Counted from the first letter of the stretch, positions 1 to 8,899 are shown. The stretch: 33,224 nt of DNA from Minisyncoccota bacterium (GCA_040900015.1 JBBDZS010000023.1:25023-58246), one strand, 5' to 3'. Numbers and translations: made by a program. The notes: generated by a model not told the origin, from the sequence alone.

Positions 1-1
1 A

Positions 2-157
2 CCAACACCTACACCAACCGAGCCTACAGTTGCTTCCCCGACCTTTCCTCAGACCGGAGGTTCGGCATTCCTTGGGATGGATTTCCTTATGTCCCTTACT
101 GTTCTAGTGGCTTTGGTCGGTTCGCTTGCGATTGTAATGAGAAAGAAAACGACCTAG
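2..157 (+). CDS. 3' end (partial) of surface protein with LPXTG-like (FPQTG) C-terminal sorting signal
   Basis: Manual translation of frame 2, not in the ORF track: PTPTPTEPTVASPTFPQTGGSAFLGMDFLMSLTVLVALVGSLAIVMRKKTT*. Pro/Thr linker, FPQTG, hydrophobic helix, RKK tail, TAG at 155-157. Confidence 0.75.
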   Translation, partial: PTPTPTEPTVASPTFPQTGGSAFLGMDFLMSLTVLVALVGSLAIVMRKKTT

Positions 158-165
158 GATTAGGA

Positions 166-918
166 TTGAAAAAAATTATTCTAATAAACAAAAAGGAAGG
201 GGAGACGCCGCTTGAGGCGCTGGGCAGATTTCGCGAAAAGAATAAAAAGTATAAAGATGTGAAGATGACTTATGCCGGTCGGCTGGATCCGATGGCCTCT
301 GGACTTTTACTTGTGCTTGCCGGGGAAGAAACTAAAAATAAAGACAAATACAACCAATTTGATAAGGAGTACGAATTTGAAGTTCTGTTCGGTTTTGCCA
401 CGGACACTTACGACATCTTAGGCAAGATTGAACATTCTAACATTCTTGAGAATGTTAGAATGTCAGAACTGGCGAAAGATATAAAAAAGAGTTTGAAATA
501 CTTTACGGGTAAATTTAGGCAAAAGTATCCCATCTATTCTTCTAAGACAGTGGGGGGTAAGCAGCTTTTCCAGTACGCTAGAGACGGAGAGGAGGTGGGT
601 CTGCCAGAGAGAGAGGTGAATGTAAGGAATTTGCAATTTATCAAATTAAGAAAAGTCAGCAATAAAAATTTATTGAAAAATATAAAAAAGAGAATAAGTA
701 AAGTAAAAGGAGATTTCCGACAAGAAGAGATAATGGATATTTGGAGTAAAGAACTTAAGAAAGATAATGTCTTTTATATTGGAAGCTTTCACATTCGATG
801 CACCTCAGGCACCTATGTGAGAGGTATTGCTAATTCTCTGGGAGATAAAATCGGTATACCCGCACTAGCATTTTCGATCCAAAGGACAAAAGTAGGCAAG
901 TGGATAAAAGAGGAGTAG
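166..918 (+). CDS. truB: tRNA pseudouridine(55) synthase TruB-like, without C-terminal PUA domain
   Basis: Motifs YAGRLDPMASGLL (catalytic Asp), KEY, TDTYD, P-YS..V.GK.L..YAR.G and CTSGTYVR. TTG start. Confidence 0.85.
   Translation: MKKIILINKKEGETPLEALGRFREKNKKYKDVKMTYAGRLDPMASGLLLVLAGEETKNKDKYNQFDKEYEFEVLFGFATDTYDILGKIEHSNILENVRMSELAKDIKKSLKYFTGKFRQKYPIYSSKTVGGKQLFQYARDGEEVGLPEREVNVRNLQFIKLRKVSNKNLLKNIKKRISKVKGDFRQEEIMDIWSKELKKDNVFYIGSFHIRCTSGTYVRGIANSLGDKIGIPALAFSIQRTKVGKWIKEE
432..463. repeat. Perfect 15-bp inverted repeat inside truB
   Basis: ACATTCTAACATTCT-TG-AGAATGTTAGAATGT; each arm contains ACATTCT twice. Encodes (E)HSNILENVRM(S). Confidence 0.9.
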
Positions 919-927
919 AATTAATTC

Positions 928-3897
928 ATGAGTTCTGTTTTCAAGGAGGAGTATAAAAAGCTAAATAGTGCCCAGAAGGACGCCGTCAATTCTTTAGAGG
1001 GCCCGATAATGGTGGTGGCTGGTCCCGGCACGGGTAAAACCCAAGTGCTCGCTCTCCGTATTGCCAATATTCTAGAGAAGACCGATATAAAAGTAGACGG
1101 AATTTTATGTCTCACTTTTACTAATTCCGGCGTGGAAGCGATGAAAGATCGCTTGCGTTGTTATATAGGCGAAGCAGGGAACGAAGTAAATGTTTTTACC
1201 TTTCACGGTTTCGGGATGAAAATCATCGGAGAGCACTATAAAGTCCTAGGTCTTAATGAAGCACCGGAACTTTTGGAGGATACTGACCGAGCGATATTTT
1301 TTGATCAAATAATTAATGAAAATGATTGGCAGCACTTGCGTCCGCGTGGTAACAACATGCGATATTTTCAAGATCTCAAATCTCTAATTTCTCTTTTGAA
1401 GCGGGAGAGAATTTCCATAGAGGATTTTGAAGCGGGAATAGAAAAAGAAATAAATTATTTGGAGCGAGACGAAAGTAGCCGTTCGACCAGAGGAGCGAGC
1501 AAGGGCCAGCTGAAAAAAGAAGCACTAAATGCCATAGATGGGCTAAAACGAAGCAGGGAGATAATAAAATTTCTGAGGCTTTATGAAGACACAAAAAAAG
1601 AAAGGAATCTTATGGATTATGATGATGTTTTGGAGTCGTTGGTCTATATTGTGGAAAATTCCGACGATGCCGTTTCCTCGGTCCGTGAGAGATACCTATA
1701 TGTTCTTATAGACGAACACCAAGATTCTTCGCGCGTGCAGAACGAATTCCTGACCCGAGTGTGGGCCTCTGTAGAGCGGCCGGATATTTTCGTGGTCGGA
1801 GACGATCGGCAGCTTATATATGGTTTTTCTGGAGCTTCCATTGAGTATTTTGCAGGTTTCAAAAAAACCTTCCCGGATGCCAAGCTTATAACTCTTACTG
1901 ACAATTATCGTTCGACGCAGGTAATTTTAGATGCTTCTCATGCATTATTGGAGAGCGTATTAACCAAAGATAAACTAGTTAGCCAAAACAAAGAAAAGCA
2001 CCCCATAGAACTAGTAGATACAGAAACGCCGGAAGAAGAAATTGTTGCTGCTGCGCAAGATATTAAGTTGAAAATTTCCGCCAAAGGCGGATCCGCCTCT
2101 GGCGGAGAAAAATCCCTGAATCCAAACGACATCGCCATACTTGTGCCCAAAAATCGTCAGGTGCGCACGGCTATGGAGATATTACACAATGAAGGCGTGC
2201 CGGTCGGAGGGCTAGAGGCTCTTAGTCTTTTCGATCAAGATGAAACCTTAGCACTAATGCGGGTATTAAAAGTTATTAATAACGGAGATGTCGCCTCATT
2301 AGCGATGTCTTTTTTTGATAAAACCTCAGGTATAACACCTCTAGAAGCACACCAGTTTATAAGCAAAGAAAACATGCGTCAATTCTCTATTGAGAAAATT
2401 AGCGGAAAGTCTCTGACTCTTTTCCCTTCGGACAATAACGCAGAAAAATGGATTGCAAAACTTTTAAAATGGAAAAGTGATTTTGAAAATAATAATATGC
2501 AAAAGGACTTGAAATCCTTAATCCAGATGGTCGGTAAAGAATTACTTGAAGGGAAGGAAATAGAAAAAAAACTTGTTTCCGGAAAAATAATTTTGGACAC
2601 CGTGACTGATCTTTTCTCAAAGCAAGAAGAAAAAAATCCAGACATTACCATCGGTTGGTTTTTGGAATATTTAGAGAGGCTGGTTTCTTCGAATGAGTAT
2701 ATACCACTACTTGCCCCTTCTGGTGAAGGCGTCAAAGTGCTTACCATGCATTCTTCCAAGGGATTGGAATTCGATTATGTCTGGATAGCCCATATGGACG
2801 AGAAGTCCCTCTCAGGTGGTAGGCGTATGGGCCTGACCTTACCTGAGAGCATCGCGGAGAAGGTGGAAGAGCGCGACATTGATGCTATTAAGCGCAAGCT
2901 ATATGTGGCCATAACCCGGGCCAAAAAGTTTTGCAGGCTATCTTATTCCCGCGAGTCAGTCAAAGGGAGCGAACAGGAGCTCGCTAAGATAATTGCGGAA
3001 TTGCCGTCCGAAGTTTTCGAGAAGGTGAGCATAAGTGCCGGTAAGAAAAGAATTATTAAAAATACAAATTTACCTAAGCTACTAAAGTTGGTCGCAGATA
3101 AGTATAAAGATAGGTATGTCTCGGTATCACTTCTTAATAATTTTTTCGAATGTCCCTGGAAATGGTATTTTGAAAATTTACTACAGATGCCCAAGGATAA
3201 AATCGAAGTTCTCGAGTTTGGCATTGTAGTCCACGCGTCGATTGATAGAATATTAAAAATGAAAGATATTCCATCCGAGGAAAAAGTCGAGGATATAGTC
3301 ACGGAAGAAGTTTTAAGGCGGGAGTTTGGAGATGCCAGGGGTCGAGTGCGGATGGGTAGAGAAATTATAAATATTGTTTCATCCTGGGTTGAGAATCGTC
3401 TTCCAGAAATAAAGCTTAGCCGTAAGACCGAGGAGAGTATAACTGTAAATAATTCCGATTATCCCCATCTCAAAATTTATGGCAAGATTGACTTGATTGA
3501 AAACTTAACTGGAAAAGAAGCCAGAGAAGTAAGAGTGACAGACTTCAAAACCGGGAGCGTGCGAAGAAAGTCCGAAGTTGAGAAACTGGATGAGGAGGGC
3601 AGAATGAGTGGAAACTTAAGACAGCTGGCTATGTATTCGTATCTCCTGCGAGAGAATCCTAAATGGCGAGTGGATGCGAGAGAGAGCCGACTAGAATTTC
3701 TGGAAGAGAAGGATTTTGATAAGCGTATTTATAACACGGTGATAACGGTGAGAGAAATAGAGTTACTTAAGAAGGATATTAAGGACTACGATGAACTGGT
3801 AAAAAGCGAGGATTGGATAAATAGAGAGTGTCACTACAATTCCTACGGCAGAGGCACCGAATGCGAGTATTGCCAACTCGCAGAGATTTATAAATAA
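928..3897 (+). CDS. UvrD/PcrA-family SF1A helicase with C-terminal PD-(D/E)XK nuclease domain
   Basis: AGPGTGKT, LTFTN, LIDEHQD, VGDDRQLIYGF, NYRS, TMHSSKGLEFD and LYVAITRAK. C-terminal SVS..FECP, GKIDLIE, TDFKTG, QLAMY and a Cys cluster. Confidence 0.9.
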   Translation: MSSVFKEEYKKLNSAQKDAVNSLEGPIMVVAGPGTGKTQVLALRIANILEKTDIKVDGILCLTFTNSGVEAMKDRLRCYIGEAGNEVNVFTFHGFGMKIIGEHYKVLGLNEAPELLEDTDRAIFFDQIINENDWQHLRPRGNNMRYFQDLKSLISLLKRERISIEDFEAGIEKEINYLERDESSRSTRGASKGQLKKEALNAIDGLKRSREIIKFLRLYEDTKKERNLMDYDDVLESLVYIVENSDDAVSSVRERYLYVLIDEHQDSSRVQNEFLTRVWASVERPDIFVVGDDRQLIYGFSGASIEYFAGFKKTFPDAKLITLTDNYRSTQVILDASHALLESVLTKDKLVSQNKEKHPIELVDTETPEEEIVAAAQDIKLKISAKGGSASGGEKSLNPNDIAILVPKNRQVRTAMEILHNEGVPVGGLEALSLFDQDETLALMRVLKVINNGDVASLAMSFFDKTSGITPLEAHQFISKENMRQFSIEKISGKSLTLFPSDNNAEKWIAKLLKWKSDFENNNMQKDLKSLIQMVGKELLEGKEIEKKLVSGKIILDTVTDLFSKQEEKNPDITIGWFLEYLERLVSSNEYIPLLAPSGEGVKVLTMHSSKGLEFDYVWIAHMDEKSLSGGRRMGLTLPESIAEKVEERDIDAIKRKLYVAITRAKKFCRLSYSRESVKGSEQELAKIIAELPSEVFEKVSISAGKKRIIKNTNLPKLLKLVADKYKDRYVSVSLLNNFFECPWKWYFENLLQMPKDKIEVLEFGIVVHASIDRILKMKDIPSEEKVEDIVTEEVLRREFGDARGRVRMGREIINIVSSWVENRLPEIKLSRKTEESITVNNSDYPHLKIYGKIDLIENLTGKEAREVRVTDFKTGSVRRKSEVEKLDEEGRMSGNLRQLAMYSYLLRENPKWRVDARESRLEFLEEKDFDKRIYNTVITVREIELLKKDIKDYDELVKSEDWINRECHYNSYGRGTECEYCQLAEIYK
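2077..2106. repeat. 30-nt double-hairpin element, copy 1 (in frame, SAKGGSASGG)
   Basis: TCCGCC-AAA-GGCGGA-TCCGCC-TCT-GGCGGA; identical to 6769-6798. Confidence 0.95.
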
Positions 3898-3900
3898 CTC

Positions 3901-3929
3901 TTGTAATTTAATTTTTTTATATATAAGAT
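3901..3929 (+). promoter_or_regulatory. Sigma70-type promoter of trhO (leaderless type)
   Basis: TTGTAA (3901-3906), 17 nt, TAAGAT (3924-3929), 6 nt, ATG at 3936. Confidence 0.55.
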
Positions 3930-3935
3930 AGCTTT

Positions 3936-4979
3936 ATGTACAAGAAGGTAAACAAAAAGTCGAAAGTTGAGCTTTTGAAGGATTTGGAGATGGAGAACTT
4001 CAAGAGGAAAACTATTTCTTTCTATAAATATGTGAAGATAGAGGATCCGAAAGTAATGCGGGACTTTTTGTTTGATAAATTATCCGAGCTGAAGTGCCTC
4101 GGTAGGATATATGTAGCGAGCGAAGGCATAAACGCGCAGATGAACGTGCCGGAACATAACTGGGAGGCGTTTGATTCTTTTATTCAATCAATGCCCGAGT
4201 TTACAGGAGTGTCATATAAGCTGGCAGTAGAAGAGAGAGAAAAGTCCAGCTTTATAAAATTGATCGTGAAGGTACGACAAAAAATCGTGGCCGACGGGCT
4301 CGAAGATAATACTTTTGATCCGTCGAATACCGGAGAATATGCTACAGCCGAGGATGTAAACTCCATGATAGAGCGAGGGGCGACGGTAATAGACATGCGC
4401 AACATGTACGAGGCGGCCATCGGACATTTTGAGAACGCGAAGATAATGAACGTGGATACTTTTCGCGAACAGCTTAAGAAAGTTCATGATATGTTCAAAG
4501 ACAAGAAAGATGAGGAAGTGCTACTGTACTGCACAGGAGGGATCCGCTGCGAGAAAGCGTCCGCCTGGATGAAGCACACCGGTTTTAAAAATGTGAAGCA
4601 CATTAAGGGAGGTATTATCGAATATGCCCATAGGGCGAAGGAGAAAGGGTTGGAGAACAAATTCAAAGGTAAGAACTTCGTCTTCGACGAGAGAATGGGA
4701 GAGAAGGTGGGGGATGAGGTCATAGCATACTGTCAGGCTTGCGAAAAGGTGAAGTGCGACAATTATATCCACTGCAAGAACGAGTCCTGTCATGTGCTCT
4801 TCATATGCTGTCAGACCTGCGAAAAGAGACAGAAGGGTTACTGTGGGAAAGTATGCATGATTTGTGACAAGTTTCCTAAAAAACTAAATCAGGTTTTGGT
4901 TGGCTCCGACCGTCAGAGGCACGAAAATCAATACCGAAAGAACTACAAAAGAGTTAAAGCCTTAAACTATTTGAAATAA
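3936..4979 (+). CDS. trhO: Rhodanese-domain tRNA uridine(34) hydroxylase (YceA/TrhO, UPF0176)
   Basis: SFYKY, GRIYVASEGINAQ, IDMRNMYE..IGHF, YCTGGIRCEKAS, GKNFVFDER and a Cys-rich C terminus. Confidence 0.88.
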   Translation: MYKKVNKKSKVELLKDLEMENFKRKTISFYKYVKIEDPKVMRDFLFDKLSELKCLGRIYVASEGINAQMNVPEHNWEAFDSFIQSMPEFTGVSYKLAVEEREKSSFIKLIVKVRQKIVADGLEDNTFDPSNTGEYATAEDVNSMIERGATVIDMRNMYEAAIGHFENAKIMNVDTFREQLKKVHDMFKDKKDEEVLLYCTGGIRCEKASAWMKHTGFKNVKHIKGGIIEYAHRAKEKGLENKFKGKNFVFDERMGEKVGDEVIAYCQACEKVKCDNYIHCKNESCHVLFICCQTCEKRQKGYCGKVCMICDKFPKKLNQVLVGSDRQRHENQYRKNYKRVKALNYLK

Positions 4980-4985
4980 AGGCGT

Positions 4986-6116
4986 CTAGCGTATGACACC
5001 GTCGAAATTTTTTGTGGTTTCTGTTTCGAGTTTTTTGTGCACTTGGTCTATCTCTTCCGCAGTCAGCGTCCGCTCGAGCGAGCGATAGGTGATGCGGTAT
5101 GCGTAGCTAAGTTTATCTTCTCCGAATTTTTCCGCGTTTTCATATTTATCAAGGAGTGCCACCTCTTCTACGATTCCAGGCGCTGTTTCCCTTACAAAGT
5201 CGAAATAGTCATTCGGTATGAACTCCTTGCTGACTATGAAAGAAATATCTCTCATAACAGGTGGATATTTACTGACTTCGACAAATTTATGCCCCAGCTT
5301 GAGTTGTTTTTTTACTCTCTCATCTTCGGACCATAGAAGCCGGATGTCGGGCAATTGCATACTGGCAATAGCCAAGCGTTCCAAGCCGAAGCCGAAGGCC
5401 CAACCATGATAGCCTTCGAGACCCAAATTAGATAGTACGCTTTTCCTTACTATTCCAGAGCCAAGCATTTCGATCCACTGTCCGTTGATTTCTGCTTCCA
5501 TCTCGAAACTTGGATCCGTATAAGGAAAGTTGTGGTCGTAAAATCGGAAATTAATATCACCAAAGATGCTAGTCGCGATTTCTGTCAGCGCTTTTTTGAG
5601 ATCTTCGGGAGTTATTGTCTTTTTATCATCTGGGGCAATGAGCCACCCTCCGAATTGATGGAAAACATTCATATGTCGAGCATCGATTTCGTCTTTGCGG
5701 TAAACCTTGCCATAACATATTGCCCCCAATGTCTCTTTATTTTCAATTCGCTTTTTTATGTCTGGATGATTAAGATAGTAGTACCAAAATACAGTATCAT
5801 GCGTGCGAAGCACATTTTTTTTATCCACATAATAAGTATCCGATTCACTACGAGCGGGGTGCCCTTCCGGCATATTGAATAAATCAAATAAAATATTGGT
5901 AGGCACGATCTCCGGTATTTTTATATCATCGAAATCTTTGAGGGAGGAAACTTCTTTGGCTTTTTTGACGATTTCTGCAAGGGGACTACTGGAAGTCCGG
6001 GCTAGGTCCGGCATAGAAAGATACCTTTTTAATCTCATAGAATGGACATCGGTCTTTTCTTCGAGTTCCTTTCTAAAAGAAGCTTCTTCGGGAGATATTA
6101 TGTCGTAATTTGCCAT
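4986..6116 (-). CDS. pheS: Phenylalanyl-tRNA synthetase catalytic domain fused to a C-terminal FDX-ACB anticodon-binding domain (single-chain type)
   Basis: FDLFNMPEGHPARSESDTYY, LRTHD, YRKDEIDARH..FHQ, FPYTDPSFE and AFGFGLERLA..PDIRLLWS, followed by YPPVMRDISF...YRITYRSLERTLT. Confidence 0.9.
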   Translation of the reverse strand: MANYDIISPEEASFRKELEEKTDVHSMRLKRYLSMPDLARTSSSPLAEIVKKAKEVSSLKDFDDIKIPEIVPTNILFDLFNMPEGHPARSESDTYYVDKKNVLRTHDTVFWYYYLNHPDIKKRIENKETLGAICYGKVYRKDEIDARHMNVFHQFGGWLIAPDDKKTITPEDLKKALTEIATSIFGDINFRFYDHNFPYTDPSFEMEAEINGQWIEMLGSGIVRKSVLSNLGLEGYHGWAFGFGLERLAIASMQLPDIRLLWSEDERVKKQLKLGHKFVEVSKYPPVMRDISFIVSKEFIPNDYFDFVRETAPGIVEEVALLDKYENAEKFGEDKLSYAYRITYRSLERTLTAEEIDQVHKKLETETTKNFDGVIR

Positions 6117-6202
6117 TCTTTTAGTTTAAATAAAAATGGCTAAAAAGTAAAGGTTTATCAACATATTTTGCTCAATTTACACTAGCAAACACTATCTATT
6201 TT

Positions 6203-6211
6203 TGCTATAAT
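6203..6211 (+). promoter_or_regulatory. Extended -10 promoter of gyrB
   Basis: TGcTATAAT, 8 nt before ATG 6220; no SD. Confidence 0.6.
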
Positions 6212-6219
6212 ACCCCCAC

Positions 6220-8328
6220 ATGGCAAAAGATAAAGAAGGCAAAGGCGGGCATCAATATGACGCATCGGATATATCGGTTTTAGAGGGCCTGGAACCCGTC
6301 AGGAAGCGTCCTGGGATGTATATTGGTACGACGGGCCCGGAAGGTCTGCACCACCTTGTTTGGGAGATTTTCGACAACTCACGCGACGAAGCAATGGGTG
6401 GTTTTTGTGATGATATTGAGGTGGTGTTATTGCCTGGCAATAGGGTTCGGGTAGCGGACAATGGCCGAGGTATCCCCGTAGATATGCACAAGAAGACCAA
6501 GGTCTCAGCGCTCGAGACGGTGATGACGACTCTCCATGCCGGAGGAAAATTCGGCGGTGAAGGATATAAAGTTTCTGGAGGTCTGCACGGAGTAGGTGCT
6601 TCGGTGGTCAACGCACTTTCTATTTATTGTCGGGCCGAAGTGCATCGAGATGGTGGCAGGTATGTGCAGGAATATTCTCAAGGTAAGAAGAAATTCGCAG
6701 TCAAGAAAGTCGCTGCATCCAAGAATCACGGAACAATAATAACTTTCGAACCTGACCAGGAAATTTTTTCCGCCAAAGGCGGATCCGCCTCTGGCGGAAA
6801 AGATGATGGGATCAAGTTTGATTGGAACACTATCGTCGCTCACATCCGCCAGCAGGCGTATCTGGTAAAAGGATTACGCATTTCTATAATCGACGCCCGC
6901 GAGTGGCAAAGCGGAAAAGGTTTGACCGAGGAGGATGTATTTTATTTCCGGGAGCTCGGGCTCGAAGTTCCATCAGTATCTTTCTATTTCGAAGGCGGAC
7001 TGATATCCCTCGTGAAGTATTACAATAAGTTCCAAAAGCCTATACAAGATCATATTTTTTATGTGGAAAAAGAAATGGATGGAGTGGGGGTTGAGATAGC
7101 GCTCCAATATGTGGACGATATTGTAGATAGGATATTTCCTTTTGCAAACAATATTTTTACCGCAGAGGGTGGCACTCATGTGACTGGATTTAAAACCGCG
7201 CTCACTCGAACCCTCAATACTTATTGTAAGAAGAATGAAATGATGAAGGAGTCCGAAGGGGGATTTACTGGCGACGATGTGCTCGAGGGTCTTACCGCCG
7301 TTATCTCGGTCAAGCTTCAGGAAATACAATTCGAAGGCCAGACCAAGGGCAAACTCGGCTCTATGGAGGCGCAGGGTGCAGTGGCGACCATCTTCGGTGA
7401 GGCCTTTACTAGTTTTCTAGAGGAGAACCCCGACGAGGCGAAATCTATAATAAACAAATCAATACTAGCTCTTAAGGCGAGAAAGGCAGCCAAGGCAGCT
7501 AAGGATTCCGTGCTTAGGAAGGGCGCACTCGAAGGTATGACTCTCCCGGGCAAACTGGCAGATTGTCAGTCGAAAAGTGCAGAAGAATCCGAATTATTCC
7601 TTGTAGAGGGAGACTCCGCAGGAGGCTCCGCCAAACAAGGCAGAGATAGGAGAACCCAAGCGATACTTCCGCTCCGCGGAAAGATATTGAATGTGGAGAG
7701 AGCTCGCATCGACAAGATGCTCGCATCGAAAGAAGTACGGTCTTTGGTTATAGCTATGGGAACATCGATCGGAGACACCTTCGATATTTCCAAGGTTCGC
7801 TATCATAAGATAATAATCGCCACGGATGCGGATGTGGACGGTTCGCATATCCGTACGCTTTTACTTACTCTTTTTTATAGATACTTCCGTGAAGTTATCG
7901 ATGCAGGATATATTTACATCGCCCAGCCACCGCTATATAAGATTAAGAAGGGCAAGGAGATATCTTATGCATATACTGACGAAGAAAAGGTAAAGATCAT
8001 CGGCAAGGGCGCGGATGTGAGTGAGATTCAGGAAGCTGAAAGTCCCGAACAAAGTGAGGGATTAGAAACCGAAAGAGAGGAGGCGCCTGAAGAAGTCGCA
8101 AAAAAGGCAAACAAAATACACATCCAGCGCTTCAAAGGTCTCGGAGAAATGAATCCGGAAGAATTGTGGGAGACGACCATGGATCCTGCGCACAGAGTGC
8201 TTAAGAAAGTAAATATTGATGATGCCGAAGAGGCGAATAAAGTTTTCGATATTCTCATGGGCTCCGAAGTTCCTCCTCGAAAGTCCTTTATTCAATCAAA
8301 CGCTAAATTGGCGGAAATTGATATCTAG
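6220..8328 (+). CDS. gyrB: DNA gyrase subunit B
   Basis: LEGLEPVRKRPGMYIG, DNGRGIP, LHAGGKF, SGGLHGVG, LVEGDSAGGSAK, PLRGKILN, TDADVDG and QRFKGLGEMNP. Confidence 0.97.
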   Translation: MAKDKEGKGGHQYDASDISVLEGLEPVRKRPGMYIGTTGPEGLHHLVWEIFDNSRDEAMGGFCDDIEVVLLPGNRVRVADNGRGIPVDMHKKTKVSALETVMTTLHAGGKFGGEGYKVSGGLHGVGASVVNALSIYCRAEVHRDGGRYVQEYSQGKKKFAVKKVAASKNHGTIITFEPDQEIFSAKGGSASGGKDDGIKFDWNTIVAHIRQQAYLVKGLRISIIDAREWQSGKGLTEEDVFYFRELGLEVPSVSFYFEGGLISLVKYYNKFQKPIQDHIFYVEKEMDGVGVEIALQYVDDIVDRIFPFANNIFTAEGGTHVTGFKTALTRTLNTYCKKNEMMKESEGGFTGDDVLEGLTAVISVKLQEIQFEGQTKGKLGSMEAQGAVATIFGEAFTSFLEENPDEAKSIINKSILALKARKAAKAAKDSVLRKGALEGMTLPGKLADCQSKSAEESELFLVEGDSAGGSAKQGRDRRTQAILPLRGKILNVERARIDKMLASKEVRSLVIAMGTSIGDTFDISKVRYHKIIIATDADVDGSHIRTLLLTLFYRYFREVIDAGYIYIAQPPLYKIKKGKEISYAYTDEEKVKIIGKGADVSEIQEAESPEQSEGLETEREEAPEEVAKKANKIHIQRFKGLGEMNPEELWETTMDPAHRVLKKVNIDDAEEANKVFDILMGSEVPPRKSFIQSNAKLAEIDI
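6769..6798. repeat. 30-nt double-hairpin element, copy 2 (in frame, SAKGGSASGG)
   Basis: Identical to 2077-2106; the flanking T-run and A-run extend the outer stem. Confidence 0.95.
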
Positions 8329-8330
8329 TT

Positions 8331-8864
8331 ATGAAAATTAACGTTGGGTCAAAAAATATCACTAAAATTGAGGCTGTTAAAGAAGCATTCAATGAATTTC
8401 CTAATTTTACTAATTCAACTGTTGTGGGTGTAGAAGTAGATTCTGGGGTTCATAAACAACCAAAAAGTATTGATGAAACAGTACAAGGCGCAATGAATAG
8501 AGCTAAAAGTGCTTTTAATGATTGCGACTTGTCTGTGGGATTAGAAAGTGGGCTTATCGTAGTTCCTAATACTAAAAGTGGTTATATGGATATAACCATG
8601 TGCGCTATTTATGATGGTAAGGTTTTTCATTTAGGTGGCTCTTCGGCTTTTGAATATCCAAAATCAATGATTGATCTAGTTTTCAGTAAAGATTATGACA
8701 TTAGTGAAGCAGCTAAAGCCGTCGGTTTCTCTCATGATGACAATCTTGGCGAAAGAGAAGGGATGATAGGTGTTTTAACAAAGGGAAAATTAAACAGACA
8801 AGGGTACAGCAAGCAAGCAGTTATTACAGCACTTATTCATTTACTAAACCCTGAACATTACTGA
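8331..8864 (+). CDS. yjjX: Non-canonical purine NTP (ITP/XTP) phosphatase, YjjX/DUF84 family
   Basis: VGSKN..KIEAV, SGVHKQP...ET.QGAMNRA, VGLESG and G.IG.LT.G...R. AT-rich codon usage. Confidence 0.85.
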   Translation: MKINVGSKNITKIEAVKEAFNEFPNFTNSTVVGVEVDSGVHKQPKSIDETVQGAMNRAKSAFNDCDLSVGLESGLIVVPNTKSGYMDITMCAIYDGKVFHLGGSSAFEYPKSMIDLVFSKDYDISEAAKAVGFSHDDNLGEREGMIGVLTKGKLNRQGYSKQAVITALIHLLNPEHY

Positions 8865-8899
8865 GAATGATTAGATTATTTCTTAGCCTCACATCAATT

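Noticed and set aside
2077-2106. 30-mer as a synthetic BamHI/Gly-Ser cloning linker
   Set aside because: It contains GGATCC, but a naturally diverged third copy at 29061 and structurally similar families in other genes argue for a biological origin. Read-level confirmation is still advisable.
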